Shown piece by piece: positions 27,962-37,058 of a stretch of DNA of 64,000 nucleotides. Source of the stretch: Candidatus Obscuribacteraceae bacterium (GTDB taxonomy: Bacteria; Cyanobacteriota; Vampirovibrionia; Obscuribacterales; Obscuribacteraceae); assembly GCA_044226015.1 (NCBI GenBank), contig JBGAHS010000009.1, positions 224,001 through 288,000 on the forward strand, written 5' to 3'. Made by a program: the position numbers and the translations under genes. Positions within the stretch are counted from its first letter, which is position 1. Each line of letters begins with the position of its first letter. The notes under the pieces are model-generated. The model ran no database searches and was not told where the DNA came from. It worked only from the letters and a program-made list of their open reading frames with translations.

Positions 27962-29919
27962 TTGCTCGCCAGAATCTTCAGCGCTTGTTGAAACAGCTCG
28001 GCGGACGAGCCTTCTGTCTTCAGGAGCTTCTCGTAGTAGTCTTTTAACTTGCTTCTTGTTTGTGGAAATTTCTTCAATTCTTCCAGCGGAGCTATTAAAG
28101 TTCTGTCGAGATTGTCTTTGTTTTTCCAGATGCGTAAGGCGTCAGTGTCTGCCCCGCTTTTAGCAGCACAGATTGCTAAATGACTGAGCCAGTATGGTTG
28201 CTCTGATGCTTGAAGTTGTTTCTTTGCTTCCGGGTAGATCGCCTCAGCTTCTTGCCACTTATTGAGAGCGAGGTAGGCTTCAAACAAGGTAAAATTTGCT
28301 CTGATTTTGCTATCGCTATCGTTCAAATTCTTGCGAGCAAAATCTAAAAGAGGCACGGCACGCTGGTTTGCATTCGAACGCGTCATCACCCACGCTAAAA
28401 CATTGCATCGGCTGGGCTCATTTTTGGCGATTTTTTCAAGTTCAGTCCAGAATTTTGAGCGCTCTGTATTTGGACAATTCTCTGCCATTCGAAGCAATAT
28501 GTGTTCTTGCCTGTATTCCCAGTGCTTACTTTCTTTGAGATAAGTCCAGAGTCTCGTTTGATTACTACTCAGCCAAGACGTATCGAGCTGAAATACCTGC
28601 TCAACCACACGCGCTCTGTATGTTAGAGAATTGGATTTGTCAAAATCTTGCCAGAGAAACTGTTGGGATTTGCCAGGCTCAGAGTTTTCGAAATAGAAGC
28701 GAGAAAGCAAATTCACAACCTGCGATCGATTAAAAATCTCTGTTTGAGCTGACCCGCTAGTTGGCACTCGTGTTAGAGCTAAAGCCTTGTTTAGTGCGTC
28801 AAGTTCGGGTGCCTTTTCTTTTCTTCCTTTGTAATACGCCGCACGACCGATCCAATATTGAGTGTCGTTCTTGTTAACTTGTTCGGACTGTTGAATTCGT
28901 CTTTCTAGTGGTCTTTGGATGGTGCTTTGTTGAACCGAACCCGCAAACTGTGTAAGTGCAAAAACAGGTAGTTGACCTGGTGTTTGCTTATCTAGTTCAA
29001 CGAGCAGTTGCTGCGCTTTCTCTGAGGCGCCCATTCTTTTGTAACATAGTGCCAGAGCTTGTTTCGCTGCAATTCGAAGTGTACTCTCCCACGAGGTGTT
29101 CTTTTCTATGAACCTTGCAGAGTGTTTTCGCATAAACTCGTCCATCGACTCTTGGTCAGCTTCGGTCCACGGTAATGAGATTGCTTTTTGAAAAAACTCT
29201 GCTGCACAATGTTCGTGATTGGTGCTGACTGCTTCGCCAGCCCTCCAAGTTTCGTAAGCTGATTTTGGCTTGTAGCAAGTATTTATCCAGCTTAAGTCGC
29301 TAGTTTCGTTGAGCCCGTCGTAAGCCAAAATATAGGCACGTAAGGATTCAACTGAAGGGTGCGATTTAAGTTCTTGTGAGAGTTCTGCGCACAAACTCGA
29401 CTTCTTGGAAGCTTTCTGTGCCGCTTGAACACGAAGGCTTATGGAGTTTTGCAAATCAGCTCGGGGGAATTTTTTGAGCCAGTCATCAACATCTTTAAAC
29501 GTTTTTTCCTCAAGCAAATGCTGCACCAGAATGTACCCGTAGCCTGGCGTGGCTTCTGGAAAAGATTCCATTATCAACTGCGCATTTTCCCAGGAATTGC
29601 TTTTGATCAAAAAATCGCATAAGTCGGAGAGTTTAGGTGAACTATCTTTAGAGCTGTGCTTTTGCAAAGACAAGATCGCTTGCTTCGCCAGCTCTTTGTT
29701 TCCCGCTCGTGTCGCAAGAGCTACAGATTTAATACAATCGTCCTCTGACTTCAAATTCGATGGGGCATCGTACAGTTTGAGTGTTTTTGACAACCCTTGC
29801 GATTCGATTTGATTGCAAAGATCTTTTTCAATCTCGTACCAGGTCGATGCCATAGCTGTTGAAGTGGAAAGAATTAGGGAGCTAAGCGCGGAAAACGCGA
29901 CTTTCTTGTGCGATGTCAT
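27958..29919 (-). CDS. Exported TPR-like alpha-helical repeat protein
   Basis: Signal peptide ending AMA; helical repeats such as ALALCYKRMGASEKAQQLL and LFEAYLALNKWQEAE. Confidence 0.75.
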   Translation of the reverse strand: MTSHKKVAFSALSSLILSTSTAMASTWYEIEKDLCNQIESQGLSKTLKLYDAPSNLKSEDDCIKSVALATRAGNKELAKQAILSLQKHSSKDSSPKLSDLCDFLIKSNSWENAQLIMESFPEATPGYGYILVQHLLEEKTFKDVDDWLKKFPRADLQNSISLRVQAAQKASKKSSLCAELSQELKSHPSVESLRAYILAYDGLNETSDLSWINTCYKPKSAYETWRAGEAVSTNHEHCAAEFFQKAISLPWTEADQESMDEFMRKHSARFIEKNTSWESTLRIAAKQALALCYKRMGASEKAQQLLVELDKQTPGQLPVFALTQFAGSVQQSTIQRPLERRIQQSEQVNKNDTQYWIGRAAYYKGRKEKAPELDALNKALALTRVPTSGSAQTEIFNRSQVVNLLSRFYFENSEPGKSQQFLWQDFDKSNSLTYRARVVEQVFQLDTSWLSSNQTRLWTYLKESKHWEYRQEHILLRMAENCPNTERSKFWTELEKIAKNEPSRCNVLAWVMTRSNANQRAVPLLDFARKNLNDSDSKIRANFTLFEAYLALNKWQEAEAIYPEAKKQLQASEQPYWLSHLAICAAKSGADTDALRIWKNKDNLDRTLIAPLEELKKFPQTRSKLKDYYEKLLKTEGSSAELFQQALKILASN

Positions 29920-30059
29920 AGAGCCGGTGCACTCCGAAAATTGCTTACTGTCAGCTTATCACAGCTGTTGGTCCTTCGCTCGGGAACTTACGAGCATAAA
30001 ACATTGTCACTTGTGACTTGAGTAGCTAGACTTAGCTGGTTCTTGATTGGAGAAATCGC

Positions 30060-31604
30060 GTGAAAAATATTGATAGAAAGAGAACTATTGGTTTACTGGC
30101 ACTTGCTTTTGCAAACTCATTTTTGCTCAGCGCCAGTGCGTTTGCTGATGACGTGAAAGACTATGGATTTCCACGCGCATGGAAAATGAATTTCAAGAAA
30201 ACCAATGCAGATGCGGTAGATGGCAACATTGTGTTTTCCACCGCAGGACAAGCGGTTTCGGGCAACCTCGTTTTGACTAATGGCGTCAAGGCACGGGCGA
30301 TAGGTACATTCAAGCAAGACAAACTAAATTACACTCTAGAACATCCTGACGGCAAGCTTGTTTTTGTGGGCGATTATAGGAATGACAAAGACCAGATTGA
30401 CGGAACCATCAAAAAAGATGGAAAAGACTACGGACAATTCAGCATGGTTCCAGTCAAGCCACCAGGTGGGGATGCTAAGTTTCCCTGGGAATGGCATCTC
30501 AGAATGGAAATCGGAGATGGCAGCACGTTGAAAAATAGTTCCTACGCTCTTTACCTGGTTAAGGAAGACGAGAATGTTCGCGGATTTGGCAGAGCCATTT
30601 ACGAAAAGAAAGGGCAGGCTCCTATTAATTTACGTGGACGTTTTGAGGGAGCCGTTAACGGTAATGTCGCGAATCTAGCCCTGGTAGACGGTGTCATGGG
30701 CACAGTCAGATTGGTGGGCAATTGGAATCCGGTCCTCAAAGAGTACCAGGGTAAGGTCTATGGCTACAAGGAAAATGCAAAGTTCGCTCTTGGAACTCAG
30801 TTGAGCAACGCAGCAATTCTGCCGACACCTGCCAAAGCAAACACTGGTTCTTCTGCAGGAAGCACAGGTGGACAGAGCACAACGAGTTCAGCTGCAAGCA
30901 GCTCAGCCACCAAAGGTGGTGCTGCTAGCAATCCATCGGGTACATCGGCTAGCAAGCCCGGCTCTGGTACTGCTGGCGGTGCCGCGGCAAGTCAAGATGC
31001 TTCTAGCGGACAAGGAGCAAGTGGACAGAGTCAAGTCTCAACTGGGTCAGGTTCATCCGCTTCTAAGCCGGGTGCTGCTTCCAATGGTTCGGGCACTTTG
31101 CCTGCGGCAGTGCCACCATCGACAAGTTCAACTTCTACACCTGTGAAGCCTCAAGAACAGGCGCCGCCAGCTGTGCAGGCGTACACGCTAAGCTATGCTC
31201 CTGCTGTTCAGATCAGGGGAAATGACTTGAACCCTTCGCTTACGTTGAAACGAAACGGAAGTGTATTTGAAGGTTCTGTTGATTATAAGAGTGCCTTCCA
31301 GCGCAACGATGCGACTGCAAGCGGCGAGGGAAATTCGTCCGGACGTGGCGGTGGATTCGGAGGCGCTGGTGGTCCAGGTGGTTCAGGCGCTGGTGCTCCG
31401 GGACGGGGAGGATCTTTCGGTGGATCAAATCGAGTCATGGAAAGTGCTGTGAATGGCTCTTGGGACGGCAAGACTGTGACATTGAATTTTCAGAATTACA
31501 ATGGTGAACAGGTCGTTCTGAAAGGAACATATGATGCCGCCAGCGGTATCATCAAAGGCGAGGCTTCAAATAGTGCCACTTTTGTTCTTAAGCCTGCCAA
31601 GTAA
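30060..31604 (+). CDS. Exported hypothetical protein with three beta-rich modules and a Ser/Gly/Ala linker
   Basis: GGAGA RBS and GTG start; signal peptide ending AFA; modules with W...G...G-x-W/Y pattern. Confidence 0.78.
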   Translation: MKNIDRKRTIGLLALAFANSFLLSASAFADDVKDYGFPRAWKMNFKKTNADAVDGNIVFSTAGQAVSGNLVLTNGVKARAIGTFKQDKLNYTLEHPDGKLVFVGDYRNDKDQIDGTIKKDGKDYGQFSMVPVKPPGGDAKFPWEWHLRMEIGDGSTLKNSSYALYLVKEDENVRGFGRAIYEKKGQAPINLRGRFEGAVNGNVANLALVDGVMGTVRLVGNWNPVLKEYQGKVYGYKENAKFALGTQLSNAAILPTPAKANTGSSAGSTGGQSTTSSAASSSATKGGAASNPSGTSASKPGSGTAGGAAASQDASSGQGASGQSQVSTGSGSSASKPGAASNGSGTLPAAVPPSTSSTSTPVKPQEQAPPAVQAYTLSYAPAVQIRGNDLNPSLTLKRNGSVFEGSVDYKSAFQRNDATASGEGNSSGRGGGFGGAGGPGGSGAGAPGRGGSFGGSNRVMESAVNGSWDGKTVTLNFQNYNGEQVVLKGTYDAASGIIKGEASNSATFVLKPAK

Positions 31605-31630
31605 GATTCAATCAAATCTGCGCATTCTGT

Positions 31631-31672
31631 AAGATAGGAAGGAGGCTATCGCTCCTTCCTATCTTTGTGTTC
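31631..31672 (+). terminator. Rho-independent terminator
   Basis: 14-bp stem AAGATAGGAAGGAG/CTCCTTCCTATCTT followed by TGTGTT. Confidence 0.7.
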
Positions 31673-31687
31673 AATTCTCTGTTTTGC

Positions 31688-31721
31688 AAACAAACAAAAA
31701 GAGGGACTTGCGTCCCTCTTT
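31688..31721 (-). terminator. Rho-independent terminator of tuf
   Basis: Stem AAAGAGGGAC/GTCCCTCTTT with a T-rich tail on the minus strand. Confidence 0.75.
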
Positions 31722-31742
31722 CCGATTTTTAGTTTCAGTCGA

Positions 31743-32927
31743 TTACTCGATGATTGATGCAACTACGCCAGCGCCGACGGTACGACCGCCTTCACGGATA
31801 GCGAATCTCATTCCTTCTTCAACTGCGACAGGCATGATCAGTTCAACTTCCATGCTGACGTTGTCGCCAGGCATAACCATTTCAACACCTGCTGGCAGGG
31901 TGATGGAGCCGGTCACGTCAGTTGTACGGATGTAGAACTGTGGTCTGTAACCTGGGAAGAATGGGGTGTGACGACCACCTTCTTCTTTGGACAGAACGTA
32001 AACTTCAGACTTGAACTTGGTGTGTGGCTTGATGCTGCCTGGTTTAGCGATAACTTGACCACGTTGAATGTCGTTCTTTTCAATACCTCTGAGGAGGATA
32101 CCGACGTTGTCGCCAGCCATTCCTTCGTCAAGGGTCTTTTGATACATTTCAACACCAGTTACGGTTGTCTTGCGGGTGTCGCCGAGACCAACGATCTCAA
32201 CTTCTTCGCCAACTTTAACTTTACCGCGCTCAATTCTGCCTGTAGCTACGGTTCCACGACCTGTGATCGAGAACACATCTTCTACTGCGAGCAAGAATGG
32301 TTTGTCGATTTCACGTTGTGGGGTTGGGATGTAGCTATCAACTTGCTTCATGAGTTCATGAATTTGTTCTTTAGCTTTTGCATCGCCTTCGAGAACTTTC
32401 ACAGCTGAACCGCGAATGAACGGAATATCGTCTCCTGGGAAGTTGTACTTAGCGAGCAATTCGCGAACTTCCATTTCGACGAGGTCGAGCAATTCAGGAT
32501 CGTCAACCATGTCGCACTTGTTGAGCCATACTACGATGTAAGGAACACCTACCTGACGAGCAAGAAGGATGTGCTCACGTGTCTGAGGCATAGGACCGTC
32601 AGCAGCGGATACGACGAGGATTGCGCCGTCCATCTGAGCTGCACCGGTGATCATGTTCTTGATGTAGTCAGCGTGTCCAGGGCAGTCAACGTGGCTGTAG
32701 TGACGATTTTCGGTTTCATATTCAACGTGAGCTGTGTTGATCGTGATACCGCGAGCCTTTTCTTCTGGTGCTGCGTCGATTTCATCATATGCTTTGAACT
32801 TCGCTTTACCTGCTTCAGAAAGAACCTTTGTGATTGCAGCGGTCAATGAAGTTTTGCCGTGGTCGACGTGGCCGATGGTGCCCACGTTGACGTTGGGTTT
32901 GTTACGCTCGAACTTTTGGCGGGCCAT
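31743..32927 (-). CDS. tuf: Elongation factor Tu
   Basis: [25 protein letters not shown] and [13 protein letters not shown]; 394 aa. Confidence 0.99.
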   Translation of the reverse strand: MARQKFERNKPNVNVGTIGHVDHGKTSLTAAITKVLSEAGKAKFKAYDEIDAAPEEKARGITINTAHVEYETENRHYSHVDCPGHADYIKNMITGAAQMDGAILVVSAADGPMPQTREHILLARQVGVPYIVVWLNKCDMVDDPELLDLVEMEVRELLAKYNFPGDDIPFIRGSAVKVLEGDAKAKEQIHELMKQVDSYIPTPQREIDKPFLLAVEDVFSITGRGTVATGRIERGKVKVGEEVEIVGLGDTRKTTVTGVEMYQKTLDEGMAGDNVGILLRGIEKNDIQRGQVIAKPGSIKPHTKFKSEVYVLSKEEGGRHTPFFPGYRPQFYIRTTDVTGSITLPAGVEMVMPGDNVSMEVELIMPVAVEEGMRFAIREGGRTVGAGVVASIIE

Positions 32928-33028
32928 TTCAACTCTCCTTGAAGTGTCGTTTTTTTTAGGTCACAGAACGCGGGGTTCTGGGTATCTCACATGGTGCTGG
33001 TGCTTGTGCCGAACGTGGTCCAGGGAAA

Positions 33029-33103
33029 TGGAGCCAATGACGAGGCTCGAACTCGTGACCTCCCCCTTACCAAGGGGGTGCACTACCACTGTGCTACATT
33101 GGC
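33029..33103 (-). tRNA. tRNA-Thr(GGT)
   Basis: GCCAATGTAGCACAGTGGTAGTGCACCCCCTTGGTAAGGGGGAGGTCACGAGTTCGAGCCTCGTCATTGGCTCCA; encoded CCA. Confidence 0.97.
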
Positions 33104-33286
33104 AAATGTTCAGCTGCTACACCAAATCCATGAGCTATACAGGAGCACATATTTTAAGGCCCCTATCAGCAAACCTGGCAACATATTTAGTTTGTTTGCA
33201 GGTTTTGAACTCAGTACTCCCCGTTTACGTTCTTTGACACGGATCCAATAAAACTTCCGTCCCTCTTTTAGAAGGAACGGAAAAAA

Positions 33287-33369
33287 TGGGCAGAACTGGG
33301 TTCGAACCAGTGTAGGCTTACGCCAGCGACTTTACAGGCCGCCTCCTTTAACCACTCGGACATCTGCCC
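33287..33369 (-). tRNA. tRNA-Tyr(GTA)
   Basis: GGGCAGATGTCCGAGTGGTTAAAGGAGGCGGCCTGTAAAGTCGCTGGCGTAAGCCTACACTGGTTCGAACCCAGTTCTGCCCA; long variable arm; CCA not encoded. Confidence 0.96.
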
Positions 33370-33374
33370 AAATT

Positions 33375-33446
33375 AGCTGGTGATGGGATTCGAACCCGCG
33401 ACCGACGGTTTACAAAACCGTTGCTCTACCACTGAGCTACACCAGC
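33375..33446 (-). tRNA. tRNA-Thr(TGT)
   Basis: GCTGGTGTAGCTCAGTGGTAGAGCAACGGTTTTGTAAACCGTCGGTCGCGGGTTCGAATCCCATCACCAGCT; CCA not encoded. Confidence 0.96.
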
Positions 33447-33496
33447 GTTTGTCCTGAGCACATGACTCAGGGAACGGACCAGTTATTCTACCATCG

Positions 33497-34522
33497 TCAT
33501 TTCAGTTTGCACTGTCTGACAACTTCGTAGAACATGATACCAGCTGCCACCGAAGCATTCAGGGATTCAGTTTTGCCCAACATTGGAATCTTCAGTAACA
33601 GATCGCAATGCTCCTTAACCAAACGGCTCACTCCGGATCCTTCGCTGCCAACCACTATGACAAGAGGTCTGACAAGGTTGGCTTCTGTGTACATTTCTTT
33701 GCCTTCCAGGTCGAGAGCAGCGACCCAGAATCCATATTTCTTCAAAGTCTCAAGGCATTGAACAATGTTGCCTACTCTGACTACCGGCAGTGTCGCAAGT
33801 GCTCCCGCGCTTGTTTTGGCGACAGTTCCAGTCAAGCCAGCAGCTCTGCGTTGTGGAAGAAAGAGTCCTTTGACACCTGCAGCTTCTGCCACTCTTATGA
33901 TGGCACCCAGGTTGTGTGGGTCTTCAACACCGTCCAGAAGCGCCAACATGTACCCATCCATAGATTGTCCATTTAGCTCTCGCTGAATGCGGTCGAGCAC
34001 CAACTTCTGCAAAAACGTATCCAGCCGCCACATTTCCGCAGGACTGATAAGTGCTATGACACCCTGGTGGCGCCGTTGTGGACCAGCGAGTTGATCTAGC
34101 TTTTTTCGATCGCAATCCTGTAAAGGAATGTGTTGATGTTTGGCAAGCGAACGAATCTTGCGAATTCGACCATCATATTCAAGACCTTCAGCCATTAGAA
34201 TTTTGTTGACCCTAACACCCTGCCCTGGGTCAAGCGTGGGTCTTGCAGGCAATTGTAGTCGAACGTCTTGCCGGCACTGCAAAAACTTCACTGCGTCCCG
34301 AATTACTTCTTCCAGAGCCTCGATGTCATCAGCTTCCGCATGCTTAGCGGCCTGACTGGCTCGCTCAAGAGCTTCCTGCACTAAGGCGTTGTGAATGGTC
34401 TTGTGTTCTTGTAGGGAATCATCTTGCTTGTCGTACTCTTCAAGAAACGAGAGCACTGCATTCTTGCCGAAGATTAGTTCTTCGTTTGGGAGTCCGTTAT
34501 TTCCGTCGTTATTGTCTCTCAT
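33497..34522 (-). CDS. rlmB: 23S rRNA (Gm2251) 2'-O-methyltransferase, SpoU/TrmH family
   Basis: IFGKNAV, HQGVIA, LDGVEDPHNLGAIIR, VGSEGSG, IPMLGKTESLNASVAAG and YEVVRQ motifs. Confidence 0.93.
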   Translation of the reverse strand: MRDNNDGNNGLPNEELIFGKNAVLSFLEEYDKQDDSLQEHKTIHNALVQEALERASQAAKHAEADDIEALEEVIRDAVKFLQCRQDVRLQLPARPTLDPGQGVRVNKILMAEGLEYDGRIRKIRSLAKHQHIPLQDCDRKKLDQLAGPQRRHQGVIALISPAEMWRLDTFLQKLVLDRIQRELNGQSMDGYMLALLDGVEDPHNLGAIIRVAEAAGVKGLFLPQRRAAGLTGTVAKTSAGALATLPVVRVGNIVQCLETLKKYGFWVAALDLEGKEMYTEANLVRPLVIVVGSEGSGVSRLVKEHCDLLLKIPMLGKTESLNASVAAGIMFYEVVRQCKLK

Positions 34523-34567
34523 TGCAAACCACTTTATCAGGCTGTGGGCATCGTCCCATAGACATGC

Positions 34568-34825
34568 TTGATTTCCGATGTTTTATTGATAATGTCCCAT
34601 TTTGGCAGAGTTATGCTCTTTGATCTCTTCTTTCTCGGATTTCCGCTATGTGCAGCTGTGTGTCTGCTAATTGTCGCTGTGAGAGAAGCAAGTGCAAAAT
34701 TCTGGCATTGCGCTTTTTCCTTCCTCGCGTATTGCGCATTTTACCTCGCGGGTGGCAGAGATGTTCTCTTGTACATAATAAGCGGAATGTGCATCGGCGG
34801 CGGCTGGTTGTGTTTGCCGTTTTAG
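34568..34825 (+). CDS. Small membrane protein (tentative)
   Basis: Two to three hydrophobic segments; 4-bp convergent overlap with the next gene; start uncertain. Confidence 0.45.
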   Translation: MISDVLLIMSHFGRVMLFDLFFLGFPLCAAVCLLIVAVREASAKFWHCAFSFLAYCAFYLAGGRDVLLYIISGMCIGGGWLCLPF

Positions 34826-35073
34826 CGCGACTTCTTTTTCGGAGCGACTGGAGCTACGGTTGCGTGCCTGTTTTGCTGCGCCTCTGCAAGAGTTCTCATC
34901 GGAATGTCATGCTTTTTGAGCCAGCGTGAGATTGTGTTGGGATCGCACCAGCGATTCTCTTGCTCTCTGTAGATTCTTGCTATTTCAACAGTGCTGAGTT
35001 TGTCCTTCACGTATTTTTCGTAAAGCCAATCCCTGTCTTGATATAGTGTTTTCGTTCTCAGGGTTTTGCCCAC
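34822..35073 (-). CDS. Small basic helix-turn-helix DNA-binding protein
   Basis: GGAG RBS; YQDRDWLYEKYV..KLSTVEIA...CDPNTISRWLKKHDIP HTH-like pattern. Confidence 0.75.
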   Translation of the reverse strand: MGKTLRTKTLYQDRDWLYEKYVKDKLSTVEIARIYREQENRWCDPNTISRWLKKHDIPMRTLAEAQQNRHATVAPVAPKKKSR

Positions 35074-35174
35074 AACTCAACTCCCGCACACTCCGAACAA
35101 AATTCATATTCCACCGCGCTGCAAGATTCAAAACTGGGAATCTACAAAGAAGCAGCCTTTGCGGGAGAGAGAAT

Positions 35175-36563
35175 TTGCAGACACGTTTGCCTCAAGTCGA
35201 TAAGTTGCTTCGGCATCCGATAATAATTGAAGCTCTGGAATTCTATAAGAGGGATGCACTTCTGCGGATTTTGCGGGATCTTCTCGAGCAGCTTCGAGAG
35301 GAGAAGAAAGCCCTGGAAGCTGATGAAATCGCTGTGATGCTCGCTGCACTTTTGAAGGAATTGTCTGCGCCCCAGCTTCGGAAGGTAATCAATGGAACTG
35401 GTGTAGTCTTAAACACAAATCTGGGAAGAGCACCGATTTCAAGCCGGCATCTACAGCAGGCAAGTGAAGTCGCTGAGGGCTACTGCAATCTTGAAATCAA
35501 TCTTGAAACAGGTAAGCGTGGGCAGCGAGCTTCGCGGATGGACAAGATGTTGCGATTTTTGTCAGGGGCCGAGGCAAGCATTGCGGTGAACAACAACGCA
35601 GCAGCTTTGGTGCTGGCAGTGAATTGTTTTGCGCTCGGAAAAGAAGTGATTGTTTCCCGCGGCGAACTCATAGAAATTGGAGGCAGTTTTCGTTTGCCTG
35701 ATGTAATCGAGTCTGCAGGCGGCAAGTTACGAGAGGTTGGAACTACAAACAAAACACGCTTGAGTGATTTTGAAAAAGCGATTGGACCATCCACTGGTTT
35801 GGTAATGCGCTGTCACCGATCGAATTTCGAGATAAAGGGCTTCACCGAAGAAGTGAAATTGTCAGAACTTGTGAGACTCTGCAACGCGCACTCAGTGCCA
35901 CTTCTAGATGATATGGGCAGCGGTGTGTTGATGAATTTGGGAGACTTGGGACTCAAAGGTGAGCCGACTCTCGAAGAAAGCATTTCACTTGGAATTGATC
36001 TGGTGACTTATTCGGGAGATAAATTGCTTGGTGGTCCACAAGCTGGTTTGATTTCTGGCAAAAAAGAGTATGTGCAGAAACTGGCTAAACATCCGCTTTA
36101 TAGAGCTATGCGTCTTGACAAATTGCGCTTGTCATTGCTTGAGCAAACTCTGTCATCTTTTTTCACGAAAAATCCTGAGCAGTATTTGCCCGCACTTGAT
36201 CGAATTTCTGAGCAGCAAAATGAAATTGAAAAGAGAGTTGAAAAGATTTTGCATGCTTCGGAAGTAAAGAAGTTCACATCATTTGAATTGGAGAAAACCG
36301 TTACGAACTCTGCAATTGGAGGTGGGTCGCTTCCTGGGAGAGAGACTAATAGTTGTGGATTGGTTTTGAAAAGTAATTACAAAGCAAATCGAATAGCGCA
36401 GATCTTGAGATCTTGCAAAACACCAGTAGTTGTAATTAGCAGAGAAGAAGACAACATAATTGATTTTAGAACTGTGTTTCCAACAGAAGAAAATCGCTTG
36501 CTTGAATCTCTTGAAGAGCTTGATGCAATCCTGATTGCGTCTGATAAGCAATTGAGGATGTAA
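35175..36563 (+). CDS. selA: L-seryl-tRNA(Sec) selenium transferase
   Basis: VINGTGVVLNTNLGRAP, VNNNAAA, SRGELIEIGGSFRLP, EVGTTNKT and PLP-lysine motif SGDKLLGGPQAG. TTG start at 35175 after GGGAGAG gives 462 aa. Confidence 0.96.
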   Translation: MQTRLPQVDKLLRHPIIIEALEFYKRDALLRILRDLLEQLREEKKALEADEIAVMLAALLKELSAPQLRKVINGTGVVLNTNLGRAPISSRHLQQASEVAEGYCNLEINLETGKRGQRASRMDKMLRFLSGAEASIAVNNNAAALVLAVNCFALGKEVIVSRGELIEIGGSFRLPDVIESAGGKLREVGTTNKTRLSDFEKAIGPSTGLVMRCHRSNFEIKGFTEEVKLSELVRLCNAHSVPLLDDMGSGVLMNLGDLGLKGEPTLEESISLGIDLVTYSGDKLLGGPQAGLISGKKEYVQKLAKHPLYRAMRLDKLRLSLLEQTLSSFFTKNPEQYLPALDRISEQQNEIEKRVEKILHASEVKKFTSFELEKTVTNSAIGGGSLPGRETNSCGLVLKSNYKANRIAQILRSCKTPVVVISREEDNIIDFRTVFPTEENRLLESLEELDAILIASDKQLRM

Positions 36564-36631
36564 TTTGCTTATGCATTTCCTCGTTAAGGGGGTATAATTC
36601 GGCTGGCGATGGTTGTATGCATATATGAGGA

Positions 36632-36952
36632 ATGGATTTTATGGCAGATGATAGTGAACTCGCAGCGCTCCGCACTAAAATTGAAAAGGAAGCCCGATTC
36701 ACAAGAAGTCTTGTAGTTATTTGCACAGCAGCAATTTTGGGAGTGAGTCTTGTTCCTGTAAAGATCATGCTTACCGATCTTCCAACAGTTATTACTAATG
36801 ACTTCGAAGGAAAACTCGAACAGATTCATGACCACTGGGCTATTCTGGATAAGACGATGAACAATCGTCATGGTGGCGCTCCAGCTAATACGGAAGCAGC
36901 TCCAGCAGCAGCTCCTGAAGGCGAAAGCAAGCCAGCTGAAGAAAAGAAATAA
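36632..36952 (+). CDS. Small single-pass membrane protein
   Basis: GAGG RBS, TM segment LVVICTAAILGVSLVPV, Ala/Pro-rich tail. Confidence 0.7.
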   Translation: MDFMADDSELAALRTKIEKEARFTRSLVVICTAAILGVSLVPVKIMLTDLPTVITNDFEGKLEQIHDHWAILDKTMNNRHGGAPANTEAAPAAAPEGESKPAEEKK

Positions 36953-36970
36953 TCCGACTTATTGCTAGTG

Positions 36971-37015
36971 AAAAAAAATGGGGCAGATCAAACGATCTGC
37001 CCCGATTTTTTATTT
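36971..37015. terminator. Bidirectional Rho-independent terminator
   Basis: A8, then GGGGCAGATC/GATCTGCCCC stem, then T-rich tail, between convergent genes. Confidence 0.85.
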
Positions 37016-37058
37016 AGCTATTCTGTGTTGAGTCCCGAATTTTTTCAGGACGAGCTAA

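Noticed and set aside
32734..33251. Plus-strand ORFs 32734-33237 and 32991-33251
   Set aside because: They are antisense to tuf and tRNA-Thr.
35046..35174. N-terminal extension of SelA in the ORF track
   Set aside because: It overlaps the divergent HTH gene; TTG 35175 has an RBS and gives a canonical length.
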